From: Lama guanicoe
Taxonomy: Eukaryota
DNA length: 64,000 bases
Assembly: GCA_013239625.1 (NCBI GenBank)
Contig: MU053504.1
Coordinates: 622,001 to 686,000, forward strand
Reading direction: 5' to 3'
Shown here: piece by piece, positions 1-13,200 of the stretch
Layout of the letters: each line of letters opens with the position of its first letter
Position numbering within the stretch: position 1 is the first letter of the stretch
Translations under genes and position numbers: made by a program
Notes under the pieces: generated by a model
Told to the model about the DNA's origin: nothing
What the model saw: the letters and a program-made list of their open reading frames with translations, nothing else
Databases searched by the model: none

Positions 1-70
1 CTCTGCTGATCCTGAATAAACCTATCTTTGCTGGAGAAAAATCCGGCAGTCTATTTGTTTCAGGTCAATA
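1..70 (+). mobile_element. 3' end of an ERV1-type LTR (truncated by window edge)
   Basis: AATAAA followed by an MER34/LTR39-like U5 end (..ctttgctggagaa..ggcagtctatttgtttcaggtcaa..). Confidence 0.5.
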
Positions 71-454
71 TTTCCAGTTTGGGGCTATTGAAATGCCCTT
101 TTTAGACATATGGGCTCATTTCTCTTGGGTATACACCTAGGAGAATTCGTTTTCCAGGATAATCCTAACAATTTACTCTCCCATCCACAGTGTGTTTTAC
201 CAATTTATTTCCTTCTCCCAGCCAGCATGATATTTAATAGATATGAAAGGTGTATGGTTCAAAATTCTAAAATTAAAAAAAAAGACAGTGTAACATAAGT
301 CCTTCTCCTACTCTGTCCCTCAGCCACTCAGATGCCCCTTCTCCTTACAGCCACAATTGCTGTCTTGTGTATCTTTCCGGAGTGTGTGTGTGGGATCTAC
401 ACAGAAACAGGCAAATACGTATTTATATCCATTTATATTCTATATAGACAGAAG

Positions 455-841
455 CGATGGAAACCAGATATGTCATCCCAAAATATACCTCTTTGACATA
501 AAATTATTTTAAGCTGAAGACAAAAGATGACAGCAGAGGAATCTACAAACAAACCTTATTCCATTTGTTTCCTTCCATGTATTTACCTTCCCACAATCTG
601 CCATCTTGGAAGCTTAAACTGCCTTCCTTTGTTCTGTCATTTGTCTATAACTTTATTGTTCTTTGTTGAAGATGCTATACATGCTGGAATTTTAAGCTGC
701 GGTTTTTAATGACTTTTCGTTAGGATTCTCCCCGTGATGTGTGCTGCATGTATTAATAAACTGTTTTCTCTTGTTAATATCTTTTTGTAAGAGTCCCAGA
801 TGAAAATCTACGATGGGTAGGTAAAGTTTTGCCCCCCTACA
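455..841 (+). mobile_element. MER34-like ERV1 solo LTR
   Basis: Begins (c)gatggaaaccagatatg..caaaatatacctctttgacataa and ends ccccctaca; internal AATAAA; 4-bp TSD gaag at 451-454 and 842-845. Confidence 0.7.
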
Positions 842-1092
842 GAAGCAAACTACACATTCCAAGGGAGGGAGAGAAAATGGAACCAGGTCCTCATGTTTAA
901 ATCCTGCCTCCTCCACCTACTGACTGCATGACCTTGGGCAAGAAACTTACACTATGTTTCTCTTCTCTCCCTAATGGGGTTGGTGTGAGGATCATGGGTT
1001 CATATTTATGAAGTGCTTAAACAGTGCCGGGCACATGGTGAGCCGTATTTTTGGAAATGACATATCAGGTATCTTGGAGAACATCCATTTTC

Positions 1093-1273
1093 TTTTACTT
1101 TACTTTTCTTTTCTTTCTTTCTTTCTTTTTTTTTGGTTGGGTGGGAGGTAATTAGGTTTGTTTGTTTGTTTGTTTGTTTATTTATTTATTTTTAGAGGGG
1201 GTACTGGGCCCTTAACCCAGAACCTTGTGTATGCTAAGCATGAGCTCTACCACTTAAGCTATACTCCACACCC
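1093..1273 (-). mobile_element. tRNA-derived SINE (camelid Vic-1-like)
   Basis: tRNA-like head and A-rich tail; perfect 15-bp TSD agaacatccattttc at 1078-1092 and 1274-1288. Confidence 0.85.
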
Positions 1274-4200
1274 AGAACATCCATTTTCATGCATGAGCTC
1301 TCATTCTTTATAAATGGCTGTATTGTATTCACTGTGTGAATGTACCATAATTTACTGAACCATCTGCTTAAATTCATTTAGAGTCTTTTATTACAGACTG
1401 ATTCAAAGCTATTCATTCATTTATATGCACACGCTTCACTTATCTCCCAGAATGCACCACACTCTCTGGGGCTTCCTGGCCTTTGTACCTTCTGCTCCCT
1501 CCTCCTGGAACATTCTTCACCAGCTCTGACCACTTGGCTGATTCCTGCACAACATCTGGTTCTCTGCTCCAAAGTCCTCTCCTTGAGGATGGCTCTCTGG
1601 CTCCCTGACAGGCCACGCCTGCCTGTGAGAAGTTCCGGTGTCTGTCTTGCCCCTCACCTTCCTTGCTGTCCTTTGGTCACTGTCTCTCTCCCCTGCAGAT
1701 TGTACCTAAGGTCTGACCCTCAAGGAGCTGGTGGCTCACCTTAGACCCTTGGGCCTGGCACAGAGCAGGTGCTTATCAATCCTCATTGACTGATGGATAC
1801 CAGGGGCTTTTTCTCTCACTTCTTTTAATCTCCTAAATCTGCAAGAGACCTGGACTTTAGAAAGTGCATTTCCATGTGCTCAATATCTCAGTTGCCCTGG
1901 TGGTCCTGAGGGATATTAGCAAGCTCATTGGTCTGAGGTCACAGCTTATCTGCTTTCTGCGCAGATCCAGTAACAACTAACCCTTAACAAGTGTGTGCCC
2001 ATACACATTAAGTAACCCTCTGAGGCAGATACAACTTTAGAAATGAGGACGTTAAAGCTCAGAGAGACGATACAGCCACTAAATGGTGTGGCAAGATTCA
2101 ATCCAGGTCCAGCTCAGGGCACTGGGCACTTTTTCTCTTGGTCACTTCCACCTGGGGCTTCAAGGACTTGGTTTAGAGAATTGTCAGGCCTTTGTGATAA
2201 CTCTCACCACCTAACTTCCCCCATCACCATCAACTTTAGATCTCTGTTGTCTGGCTAGTGAGCTGAGAGTGTTCAGATGGTTAAAGTCTCTCTTGGATTC
2301 TGGCCACCACTGAGGATTTGGGGCCCTGTCTGGCCTGCCTGGAAAGAAAGCTTTCCCATCTTCATGGGGTCAAGTGGTCCCATCTGCTAAGAGCCTTTGG
2401 TGTCTCTGCTGATTGGGGCCTTGCTCTCCAGATTCCTGGTTGAAATCATCCAGAAAAAGACAAACCCCTGGGGAGAGAGGGTGCAAGCTGACTTGCCATC
2501 TGATCAATCTGGAATCTTCTGATATACCCCATCACCTGGGGGAGTTTAGGTGTTCCAAATCTGCCCTGGAGGCTGGAGTGTTGTCAAAACCAATAGTATT
2601 GGCTGCTCTGGGGATACAGGAACTCACAGGTTTTGGAAACAGTGTTACTAGCCTTACAGTAATTGTTACTAACAATACAATAATCCTGCTGTGAGCCCAT
2701 TTTACAGATGGGAAAACTGCAGAGCAGAGAGAGAGAGGGGTGAGTCGAGGAGGAAGGGTTTGAAGCCAGGCCTCTGGAGTCCATTCTTGGTTTCATTAGT
2801 CTTCTCTCATCCCACAAGTCCAAGGGGAACATAGTGTTGTCCCTCAGTAGGGGACAAGATACTGTCCCTGGCATTGGCTCCCTCTCAGAACCCAGAGGTT
2901 AGGTGACTAGTCCAACGTCATATCTGGTAAAAGATGCAACCTAAGTTCAAGGCCAGATCGGCCTGCCCTATACCTTCACACATCCTTTTGGTCTGTCTCT
3001 TGAGGAAAGAAAAACTTTTTGCCTCTGTTAATGAACCAGACCCTGTCATCCTTCACAGCCCAGCTCAAGGGTGCCTTCTTCTGTGAAGGCCTCTGATTTT
3101 CCCGTGCCCTTCTCTCCACCTGTCAATCATCTAAGCCTGTGTCACACTCTTGCCTGTGTCCTTGGGCCTACCTTTTCCACAGCAGCAAAGCCTGGTGGTT
3201 AAGGGCCACGGCTTTGGAATTAGGCAGTTGGGGATTCAAATCCTGGTCCTGCCTTTTACTTGGTGTATGTCTCCAGGCAAAGCCCTTCTCTGTGCCAAGC
3301 CTCAGTATTTTCCTTTATGAAGTGGGGTAACTGTGGCACCTCTGGGTTGTTGTCAAACTATGTGGGGTAATGCACACAGGGCTGGCATAAAGCTGGTGCT
3401 CAGATTATGGCAGCTGCTGTCATCATTAGCAGAAGGTAAAGAACTCGTCCAGGCCTTGAGGATCTCAGGTGCTCACTATGGAGGGTAATTGGCCCTTAAC
3501 GAACTTCCTAGTGCAGCCCACACAGGGTGGGGAAAGTGCAGGGGGGCATTCCCTCTATACCCTGTGCCCACTCCCCACATACACACCTGTGTTTTGTTCT
3601 GCCTTCTTAGAGCCTTTGCTGGAAGAACCTGAAGCTGTAGAGCCCTTGAGAACGATGCCTCCCTGTGGCCGAGTGAGAACGTGCCTTGGGAGGAAGGTAG
3701 ATGGGGGAGGAAGGCTGTCTAATCTCTGTTTCACAGGTTCACCCAGCTATTTGCTGAGGACCTACTATGTGTCAGGCACTGTGCCGGGGGCTCAAGGTAC
3801 AAGGGTAAAGAGCACAAACCCCCCGCTTCATGGAGCTTATAATCTAGTGGAGGGACAATGGAAACAAACATAAGAATATATAACACATTAGATAGAGGTA
3901 AGACAGAAAATAAAACAGGACAAAGGGATAAAGTGGTGAGTGGGGCTAGGTCTGCGCAGCTCTTCAGGCTTTAGTAAAAAGTTTCTAGGGGTAACGGGGA
4001 GGTCCTGAGAACTTTAAAGGAAGAGAGTGATGGACGTGGGACCTGCGTGTGAACAGACTGTGAGGGGCAAGGGCAAGAGCAGAGGGGGACCAATGAGGAA
4101 GTCACTGCAGTTGTTGATATGAGAGGTGACGGAGGATGGGCCCAGGGGATCATAGGGCAGGGGTGACAAGTGGCTGGATTTGGGATGCGTTTGCAGCAGA

Positions 4201-6891
4201 ACTTGGAGGACTTGCTGAGGGACTGGGCATGGAATGAAGCATGAGGTTGCTGAGAGAGAGGTGCAGGCTGCCAAGAGAGGAGCTTGCTCAGAATGGGACC
4301 TAGGCTGGACCCCAGAAGTCAACATTGTTTTCTGCTCTGCTTCCCTGGCCTGGCCTGAGAAGAGAATGGACCTAGAAGTGGGGGACAGGAGGCCACGGCC
4401 ACAGCCCATGACAAGGGGGCAGAACCCATTTTAAAGAAGGAAGATCTCCTTTTATTTGGCCCTGGGAGGGAGAAGTCCTGACAGCAGTTCCCTGTGAAAG
4501 TGCAGTGCTTAGGACAGAGGAAGCAGCAGGGACCCCACGTTTCTGTGCTGACTTTTCCCGGTGAACACCGAGTCAGCTTTAAGGAGTTCCTGGTGGGGTG
4601 GGCACATTTTGCACCACTGATGGGTAGGGAAAGGGTGCCCCGGCTCAGTAGGGCACTTTGGCAATGCCACTCAAAGCCATAAACACGTGCCCAGCTCCGC
4701 CCCACGTGTCTGTTTCCTCCCGTGGCCATCTCCTGAGGAAGCAACCAGATGTGCTGCAAGCTGTCCCTACAGGACTGGCATGTTGTGGTTTGAGGCCACA
4801 CGGGAACACCACACGTCCCAAGGCAGACCAGTTTAAAATGAACACTTTAGGGCATCATCGTGATGGCTAACTTACATTTTTCACTCGATGAAAAATTTTG
4901 GCTACCTTTCCATTAGGACATGTCCCATGTGTTGCAATTTATCTTTGGCCCAGCCTATTTAATGCCAGGAAGATCCCTCACTTGCCAACCAACTTTGGGG
5001 ATGATTCCAAATGCCTCAGTTGAGAATGACTGCCCTGAATTCAGAAACCCCAGCACCCGTGGCTGAGTAAACCCCCTATTTTTATTTTTAAAATCTATGT
5101 AATATGAAAGCCTATGTGCGAGGCCACCAAGAACAAAAAATCAGGGCTGAAACATCCTTATCCAGGCTTGAACCAGATCAGTGTGACCCCTGGCTCTGTG
5201 GTTGGCAGTCCTTCTCACCTATGGCTGGACGCTTGACTGGTCTGCACTGTGGTGGCTGCAACAGTTAGATCAGATGCCTTGCTCACTTCCTGTGGCTGGG
5301 AATCCAAAGAAGCTCCTGCAGACTCTTCCAGATGATGCAGGGTGTGAGCGATGTCTCTATGATCTCTTCCGGTATGTACTAACCAACATAAGCAGGAACC
5401 CTGAAGGGGGCGGGGAGCCCATGTATACGGGGCACGGTGGTTAACAGCAGTGCCTCGGGGGCAGGCAGACCTTATTGCTCACCAGCTGTGTGACCTGGCC
5501 TACAGTTCTGTGCTGTAAAACGGGACTGAAGGCACTGAAGCACTTAGGATGGTTGCTGTCATCACGCAACTTCTTCAAAGCAACCCCTTAGAAAGTACAA
5601 AACTCCATTGTCCTCATTCTGGTTTTTAATGGTCAAGGTGACAATACAGTTTCTGCAGACCTGAATTTAGTTTCATGTTTACCTCCACCTGCTGGAGGGC
5701 ACGCTGTGGTGGATGCTGCCGCCCTGGCAGCCCCCTGCCACTCTGGGATTGGAAGCACCAAGCCATTCCTTTCTCAATACAGGTCCGGGTTGAAACCCCA
5801 AGCCCTTCCCCACTCTGGATAGTAGTGTTGGCTCGTGGCTCCTTGCAGGGGGTGAAGCAGCAAAGAGAAAGTGATCGGTGATGACTGCTCAGAAAGAGGA
5901 CTGAGGCATGTTATAATTCAAAACCAGGAGATTGAGTCAGCGCTGATTCCAAGTTCTGGTTCATTTAACAGGGAGGTGGAAAGACTTCCATCCAAGACCT
6001 CAGTGAGCCTCCTCTCCCAAACTGGCACACTTATTGCAGGGGGTGGGGGGAGGTCTTTGCCTAAGCTGGTGCAAGTCATAACTCAGCAGAGAACCACAAC
6101 AGAGTGGAGCCTTCACACCTAAGCCATACTCATGGTTACTCTAACTTCAGTCAGCAGAAGCCTCCTGCAGGTGCCAACAGTGAAAAGAGCACTGGGAACC
6201 CACCCTTCTTCACTATGTGACCTGCCATGCATCATCAGTGCTCAGCGATATTTTGATTCTGTTTCTCTTTCCGGCCATGATACCCTGACTGTGACCTCAC
6301 CTGGATTGCCACTAGCTGTTTCCCAGTAAAAAGATGCCCTATCTCCTCCGAGGCACATATTTCTGCATGTGGAGTAAATTAAGCAAGGACAGAGCAGCCC
6401 GGATGATGAGGGGCGAAAGGGCTGGGGCAGGCAGGTATAGTTAGAATCTCAACTGGCCAAGGCCTGGGGAGCGTATATTTCCAGGGTGTGAGCGAAAGGC
6501 ACACAGGGAAGTAATTATTTTCACCTGAAGGAGTTGAGCCTATAGCTCTGACCCCACACTTAGGGGACTCTTGTTGCTGCCCAGTTTTATCCATGTAAGG
6601 GATCCGCTCTTGTGGAAGCGAGTGGATGCAAAGTCGTCTTCTCTAAGTCCCCCACTCCCTCCCCTACAAAGGGGAGATCCTCCTCTAGTCACCCTGGGGG
6701 TGGCGGGCAGACGCATGTGGATGGGTGTTGTGTGCCCTGTGTAATTTTTACGCAGAGAGGATGGAAGGAAGGCACCTCCCCACACACCCTAAACATAAAT
6801 ATGACTTTAAAGCAATTGAAGCCTGCACTGACTGTACACCTGTTCCACTGTACAACATGCTGGTGACATTCCTTCAATTTTTTTGGTTATT

Positions 6892-6897
6892 TTTATT
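6892..6897 (-). terminator. Proximal polyadenylation signal of NSFL1C
   Basis: AATAAA on the minus strand about 215 nt past the stop, with GT-rich sequence downstream. Further AATAAA at 5081-5086 and 4451-4456 could be distal sites. Confidence 0.65.
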
Positions 6898-7110
6898 TTT
6901 TCTTTAAAGTCCATTGATCGTCACAAAAAACCAGGAAATGCAACTAAGGAGAAAACAAATGTCCAACTGAGATCTAAGAACCCAGAGCTACGGAGGAGGC
7001 GTGGCACTGGACTGCTGGGTGTGCGGGAGGGGGTGGAGGGGCGGTCCCCATGGGGCAGCTGGCCGCGGGAGACACAGGAGGGAGATGAGGTTGCCGGTAG
7101 GGCCGGGCGG

Positions 7111-7273
7111 TTATGTTAACCGTTGCACGATGACGGCGTTGAGCAGGTTGGCTTCCTTCAGGGTCTGGCTCTCATCAGCCAGCTCTTTGTTTGGGAAAGT
7201 AGTCATGAGGACAAAGCTGGTGGCAGCCATGGCCGGCCGGGCATCCACGATGAAGAGTCGGATATCGCTGATC
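7111..7273 (-). CDS. NSFL1C: NSFL1C exon 9, coding part (UBX with FP loop)
   Basis: gccag|G ATC...; [56 protein letters not shown] at 7111-7113. Confidence 0.97.
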
Positions 7274-10200
7274 CTGGCGGAGTGGGATTGAGCGGGGAGG
7301 TACGTGAGCAGTGTCCTTCTCTGCTGGCCACGCTGCCCACGCCCTGCAGGCTGCCTCACATCCTCAAGTCCCCTCCCAGGCCCACCCTTCTTTACAGAGG
7401 CCAAAGCTCTCATTTGGAAGCACAGGGGCTCATGTCATTCCCTCCCACCCAAAACCCTTCACGAGTGCTCCCATTTTCCTTGGCATAAACACCAATCTCC
7501 TGACTAGGGTCCCAAGGCCTGTCTAATTTTATACCACCTCCTTCATCCATTCTCCTACCTCCCCACTTCTGTTCTTCATCATGCTCTGCTCCCTGCACAC
7601 ATTTGGGCTCCTCTTCCTACAGGCTTCTCTGCCTGATCGCTTTTCTGTAATCCTTATCAAACTTGTTTCACAACTAGCCTCACATGAAGCCTGTCTGCAC
7701 TTGAGGACCGGTGAACCACTCCCTGGGCCCCGCATGTGGCTTCTGGTTTGTATGGCCTATGAATGATGTAACTGAGACACTGCTATTCTAGAAAAAGGAG
7801 CTGCTAAATATCTTCACTGACAACAGTCCAGCCCTGCTATCTGTGCCTCAGTTTCCTCGTCTTTACATGGGAGAGGCACGCTTGCTTTGATCCAGCCCAG
7901 ATGATCTGAGATAGTAGAACAGGTATTCTAGAATTCTCAAAGTTCAGACCTAGACGAGACCTTAGTAGCCCAGCGGTTTTCAGAGGCCACTTTTGGGGAG
8001 AGAGGTAGGGGAGGCCAGGCGGGTGGGATGCTGGCACCGTGTTCCCTCTCCCCTCCACCAACCACAGCAGTTCAAATTTATGTGTTCTGCACCTGGGCTT
8101 TAGCATGAAATTCCTTTGAACAGATAGTTTGGTGGCTAAAAAAAGAAACCCCTGAGGAATCCAATCCCACAATCAGACTTAGAGACTGGGAGTCAGCCCC
8201 ACCGGAGGCAAGTGAGCAGTCACTGGCCACACAATGGAAGAGTGGGGACCGAACCGGAGGCTTCGCTTACATACCTTCCCATCCCACTGCCTCCTTTGGG
8301 GAAAGCATGGAGTGCCTGCTGGTGTTTAGGAGGAAGAACTGCTCCCTGCTTCTCACCCACTTGTGGGAGTTTTGAGGACCCTCCCAGAATAAGCGACGTC
8401 ACATAACTCCCAGTACCTGTGGCTGTGGTTAAATTTCTGCACCAGCCTCCCGCCGTCGGCAAGCCGTATTTGGATGTTTGTGGTAGGCTGTGACTCATCG
8501 ATTGAGATAGAAGAGCTAGCTTTGGCTTCATTTTCTGCCTGTTGGGCTGGAGAGCTGGTATTCAACACCTGGGGGGCAGTGCTGAGGAGAGAGGATTACA
8601 TCAGGCTTGAATGGAAACAAGGCCCCAAGAAGAAGAAATAGGATTTCTGAAATCCTTTGAAAGACTTTTACTGAGCATTCACTTCATCTGGCGCTCTGCT
8701 TGTTGCTGCTGATAGAAGGAGTGACCAAGACACAATCCCTGCCCTCGTGGAACTTACAGCTAGGGCAGAACGCAGCTTCAACCCCGAGTTACTACCTGCT
8801 CCCCAACTCCTGGAGTTGGGCAAATCACCAACACTCTTCTTCCTTGGTGTTCACAACTGAACAAGGGCTTGAAGGGAGGAAAGCAGTATGGACTATGGCC
8901 TGGGCTGGGAGACACTGGGACCTGAGGGCTGGAGGACCCAATGGACCAAATGAGTTTTAGTCTTAATGAGAGAGGCCAAGGGCAGAATGGGGAGGGGGCA
9001 TTCCAGGTCTGCAGCTGAGGCAGGCTTGACACAGCCCAGCAACTGACTGTTGTAATGTAAGGGACAAGTCCAGACCCTTTTCCTTTGATGGAATTTTCAG
9101 GCCTGCATGCCCTAGTGCAACCTCACTCTTGTGAGCATCTCATAATCAGCTGTCAACTATCAGGAGGTGGCAGAGATTTCCAGGAGGCCAATTAAGTGCC
9201 TAGTACTGCAGGGAGTAATTACACAATATGAACAGGACATGGTGCCTGCTGCCCTTTAAGAGCTCAAATCTTGGAATGAGATGGACCAAGGTTTGAATTC
9301 ACCCACTAATTACGGTGGTGTTGGGCTAGTTATTTAAGTTCCCTGAGTTTCAGTGAGGGTAGTAATGAGGTTCTTTAACAAGAGTTAAGGCTACCTGCCT
9401 TGCTCAGATTTTGTGAGGATTAAAGAGAACTACATAAAGCACTCAGGGTGGCTGACAAACACAAAAAGCACACGAACTCCTAATTCTCTGCAGCAGTTTG
9501 GAGGCTTCATCTCTCTCCTATAAACCATCTTTGTCTTCACTCTCAGCCTTTCTCTTAGCAGATGCCCTGGCCTAGACCTTTGCAGAGAACAGAGGCCATC
9601 AGGTGAGAGCTCCCTCACTTCCTCCCAAAGCCTCTAATTAGATCACTTCCTACACTTCACTCCTCCCTCTGATCTTTACAACCTAAAAAGGGTATTTGTA
9701 GCAAATCCAATTCAAAATGCTTTCCTAGTGGTTTCCCTGGGACCCCAATCCCTTGAGATATCTCCAGGAATATTTTGGAAATGTCATATATTATACCAGC
9801 ATCACAGGCCACTAACATATTAAAGGTCTTAAGAGATCGTGCAGTTAAGGCAAACTTATTTGACCACCATGTCCTTTTTTCATGTTACACTTAACCTCCT
9901 GCAGATCATTTCATGGAACACAGTTCGTGAGATGCTGTCACAGAACATATAATTAGCAAGGAAGAACCAAAAAGTGAACTCACTCTTTTCTGTGCATGTG
10001 AAAAATGTGGGCTTAAAAGAATTACAAAGTGGAGCTCAGAAGAGAACCCTGGCCACATTTACTGGCTGGGAAAGGAGCTTCTTCTGTGTATCAGCCTCAG
10101 AGCATGTGGGCCCAAATGTGAGCTGAGACACAGATAAATTATACCACCACAGGCCGGAAGAGATGCTTGGACATAGTGGGAAGTTAAATGTTACAGCTAT

Positions 10201-13200
10201 AAATGCCTAAGATCTTCTTTGTCTATTCATTAGTCTTATGGGCATTAGGTCAACTCTCTATTTAGACTCTAGGCAGCCTATCCCTCAACTGTTTATAACA
10301 ATCCAAGTACATGACAGGTACTCACTGAGGCTACTGGCTGCCAGAAAGGCCTAAATGAGAAAGAAGCTGAGTTACCTGACTGCTCATTTTGTAGTAGAAC
10401 TAAATTGGGCACTAAGGTGCTTTCTGCCACAATGATGAGTCCTGAGACCCTGCCATTGGCTTTACAAAGATGACCACCACAGAAAGCATGGTGGGCAGCG
10501 GAAGCTCAGCCCTCGCAGCAGTGGCACCCCCACCGTCACTGCACTACTGGTGTTTGCTACTCAAAATCAAATAAATGCAGTCTTCCCAATCTTCAGATTA
10601 GTTCCCATCCACGCAAATGCAAAACCTAAAACAAAAGTTTCATACAACTGAAAAACTTTTTCAAATTTTTGAACTGAGAACAATCTATTCTTTCACTTTA
10701 TTTTTCCAGACAATTAAAGAAAAAACCCAGGATTTACTGATTTTTGAGGCAAACTTGAGAAAATTTTCTTAAACTTTTGCCTTCCTGATCATTTTAGTTA
10801 ACAAAATGACAATGAAAAATATAGCAAAATTTATTGAAAAAATTTAAAAAGCTGTCCATCTGGTTTAGATTGAAAAGCTAAAGTCCCACCTCTCTTAGCT
10901 ATATAAAACTTTTTTTTAGCTCATTTTTCATAAAAAGCCAGAAATGAAATAAAATCAAAATGGAACTGGCAATGAACATTTATTTAGCTGACAAATCACA
11001 TCCAATTACCAAGCCCTGTCATGACTTGCTATTCATCCCCCACACTAATGAAGAATTTATTCCCATCCTGCTAAAACAGACCCTGAAAAATATTTAATTT
11101 TTGAGATGTGGAATCTCACACACATAAAAGAATTAGACTTTCTAAAAGCAGAAGCATTTTCTGTTAGTAACATAAAACCAGACAAACTCAAACTGCATGG
11201 TGTTCTGAGCCTTCCCTGTAACTGCTGGTGGGTGAAAAAAGGATACATTTTTGGAGAGCAACCTGACATCATCTTAAAAGTATGAAGATCTTTTGAAGCA
11301 GCAATTTTACTTCTAGCTCAACATTGAGGAGTATACAAAGATTTAATTAGAGATATTCACTGTAATGCTGCACGTAATACTATTTATAATACTGCTTCTA
11401 ATGTTTAATAGCAGGGACTGGTTAAATTATGGCACATATATAGGACAGAAAATTACGTTAGCATTAGAGATAACATTGTAGAAATACACTTACTGATATG
11501 GAATGAAAGGCGTAATACACTGACCAGGCCAAATAGCAGGTGATAGAATAGCATGTTTACTTACATGCGCACATACACATGACATCTATGTACATGCATT
11601 AAGACTTAGAAGGATATTTCCCAGATCCTAACTGGATATATCTGGCTGTTAGGTTTAGGGATAGTTTTTATTTTCTATCTGTATTGTCTATTTCTTTTTT
11701 AAGATAAATTCTTCATTTTAACAAGAAAAGAAAAAAATTATCTGGTGCTCCACAAAGCTTACCACAGCTGACAGGGAAGTCACAGATGGACCATTCTGGG
11801 AACAGCTGTCTCAGACGAACCCATAGGCCCGACTGTGGTAGCTAAAGTGATGTGAGCAGGGTGGACTTAACTATTTTGGCTCTGGTAAATCACAACCTAT
11901 TCGTCTCTAATGTTCTGAGCTATGACCGTTGCTCCTGATGAGGCATGAATGGCCAGCAGGGAGGTAGGGGATTCTAGAAGAGGGCCAGCCAGAAGCTCGA
12001 AGAGCACAGCTGTTGGCAGACCATGCTCTGATTCCTGTGGATGGTGGTGAGGTGAGCAAGGGTAGTGCCTAGCTCAAGAGCTGCCAGAGCCAGGTCAGAG
12101 AGGGTGTCTCGCTGTGCAGGAGTGTTGGAAGGAATGCCAATCAGAAGGCCTGGTTCTAGTCCTGGCTCCACCACATATCAGTCATGCACCCAAGGGTAAC
12201 CCTTAAAGTCCAAAAGCTTTAGCTTTCCCTTTGCAAAACAAGGACTGTACTGGTAGGGTCACTATACTCCGAGTGCCTCTCATGGGCACAGATCCCTCTG
12301 AAGAAAATTGACCAAGTAACCCCATGACCATGGCCAAAGCTGAGTGGGCCCCTGAGAGAAGGCTGCCTGCCTATGGGTTGGTCAAGGATCTGGTGAGAGA
12401 ACCCTGCCTACCAGAGCAATAGTAACCATCAACCAATCAGGTCCTATCAGGGGTTTGAATGAAAGATGGAGATAGTGGCAAAGGACACAAAGCAAAAAAA
12501 GTCACAGGGAGTGACAGCGCAGGGCCAAAGAAGCAGAGATAAGAGCTACCATAATGGTGGAGCAGCAGCCTGCACAGGGACAACGATAGCCTTGGGCTTC
12601 CCTGGATTCTGGACAATGCTGCTGTGAGGCTGGCTGAGCAGAATAGTCCAAGACTCCTTACTCCCTCTGAAGCCCCATTTCAGGTGACCTGAATGTGTGT
12701 GTCTGTTTCAGCTTTAAAGCCATCAAGGAGATCACCCCTGCCCTGAACACCCTGGATTACTGACTCAGAGCAGCAATGTGTTACCTTTACTGCTTACACC
12801 GACTGCCCACCGTGGGGGCAGTGCTCCGCGTGCTCCTCCCAACAGTAGCTGAGAGGGTAAGGACCCCTAGTCCCACTTTCAGTTGAGCAAACTGAAGCTG
12901 TAAAGTCCAAGCCAGAAAGCAGAGATTTAAACTCCAGTCCGTTAATGCCAAAGCCTATGTTCTCAATACTCTTCCTTTCATAAAAATAAAATTTGAAGTA
13001 CTTCATAATAAACAGTAAAGAGCTATATAAAGTGAGCAATACACAAGGTCTGCTGTGCCTGGAAGGAGTGACCCACACAGTCCCGCTCCCACCTGTGTGT
13101 CTCCTTACCTGCCCAGTTTCTGACCCTCGCCAGTGAAGGCTTTGAAGGCTCCCTTGGGCTTCACAAAGTCCTCATCCCGATGGTCCTCCATGTCCAAGTT

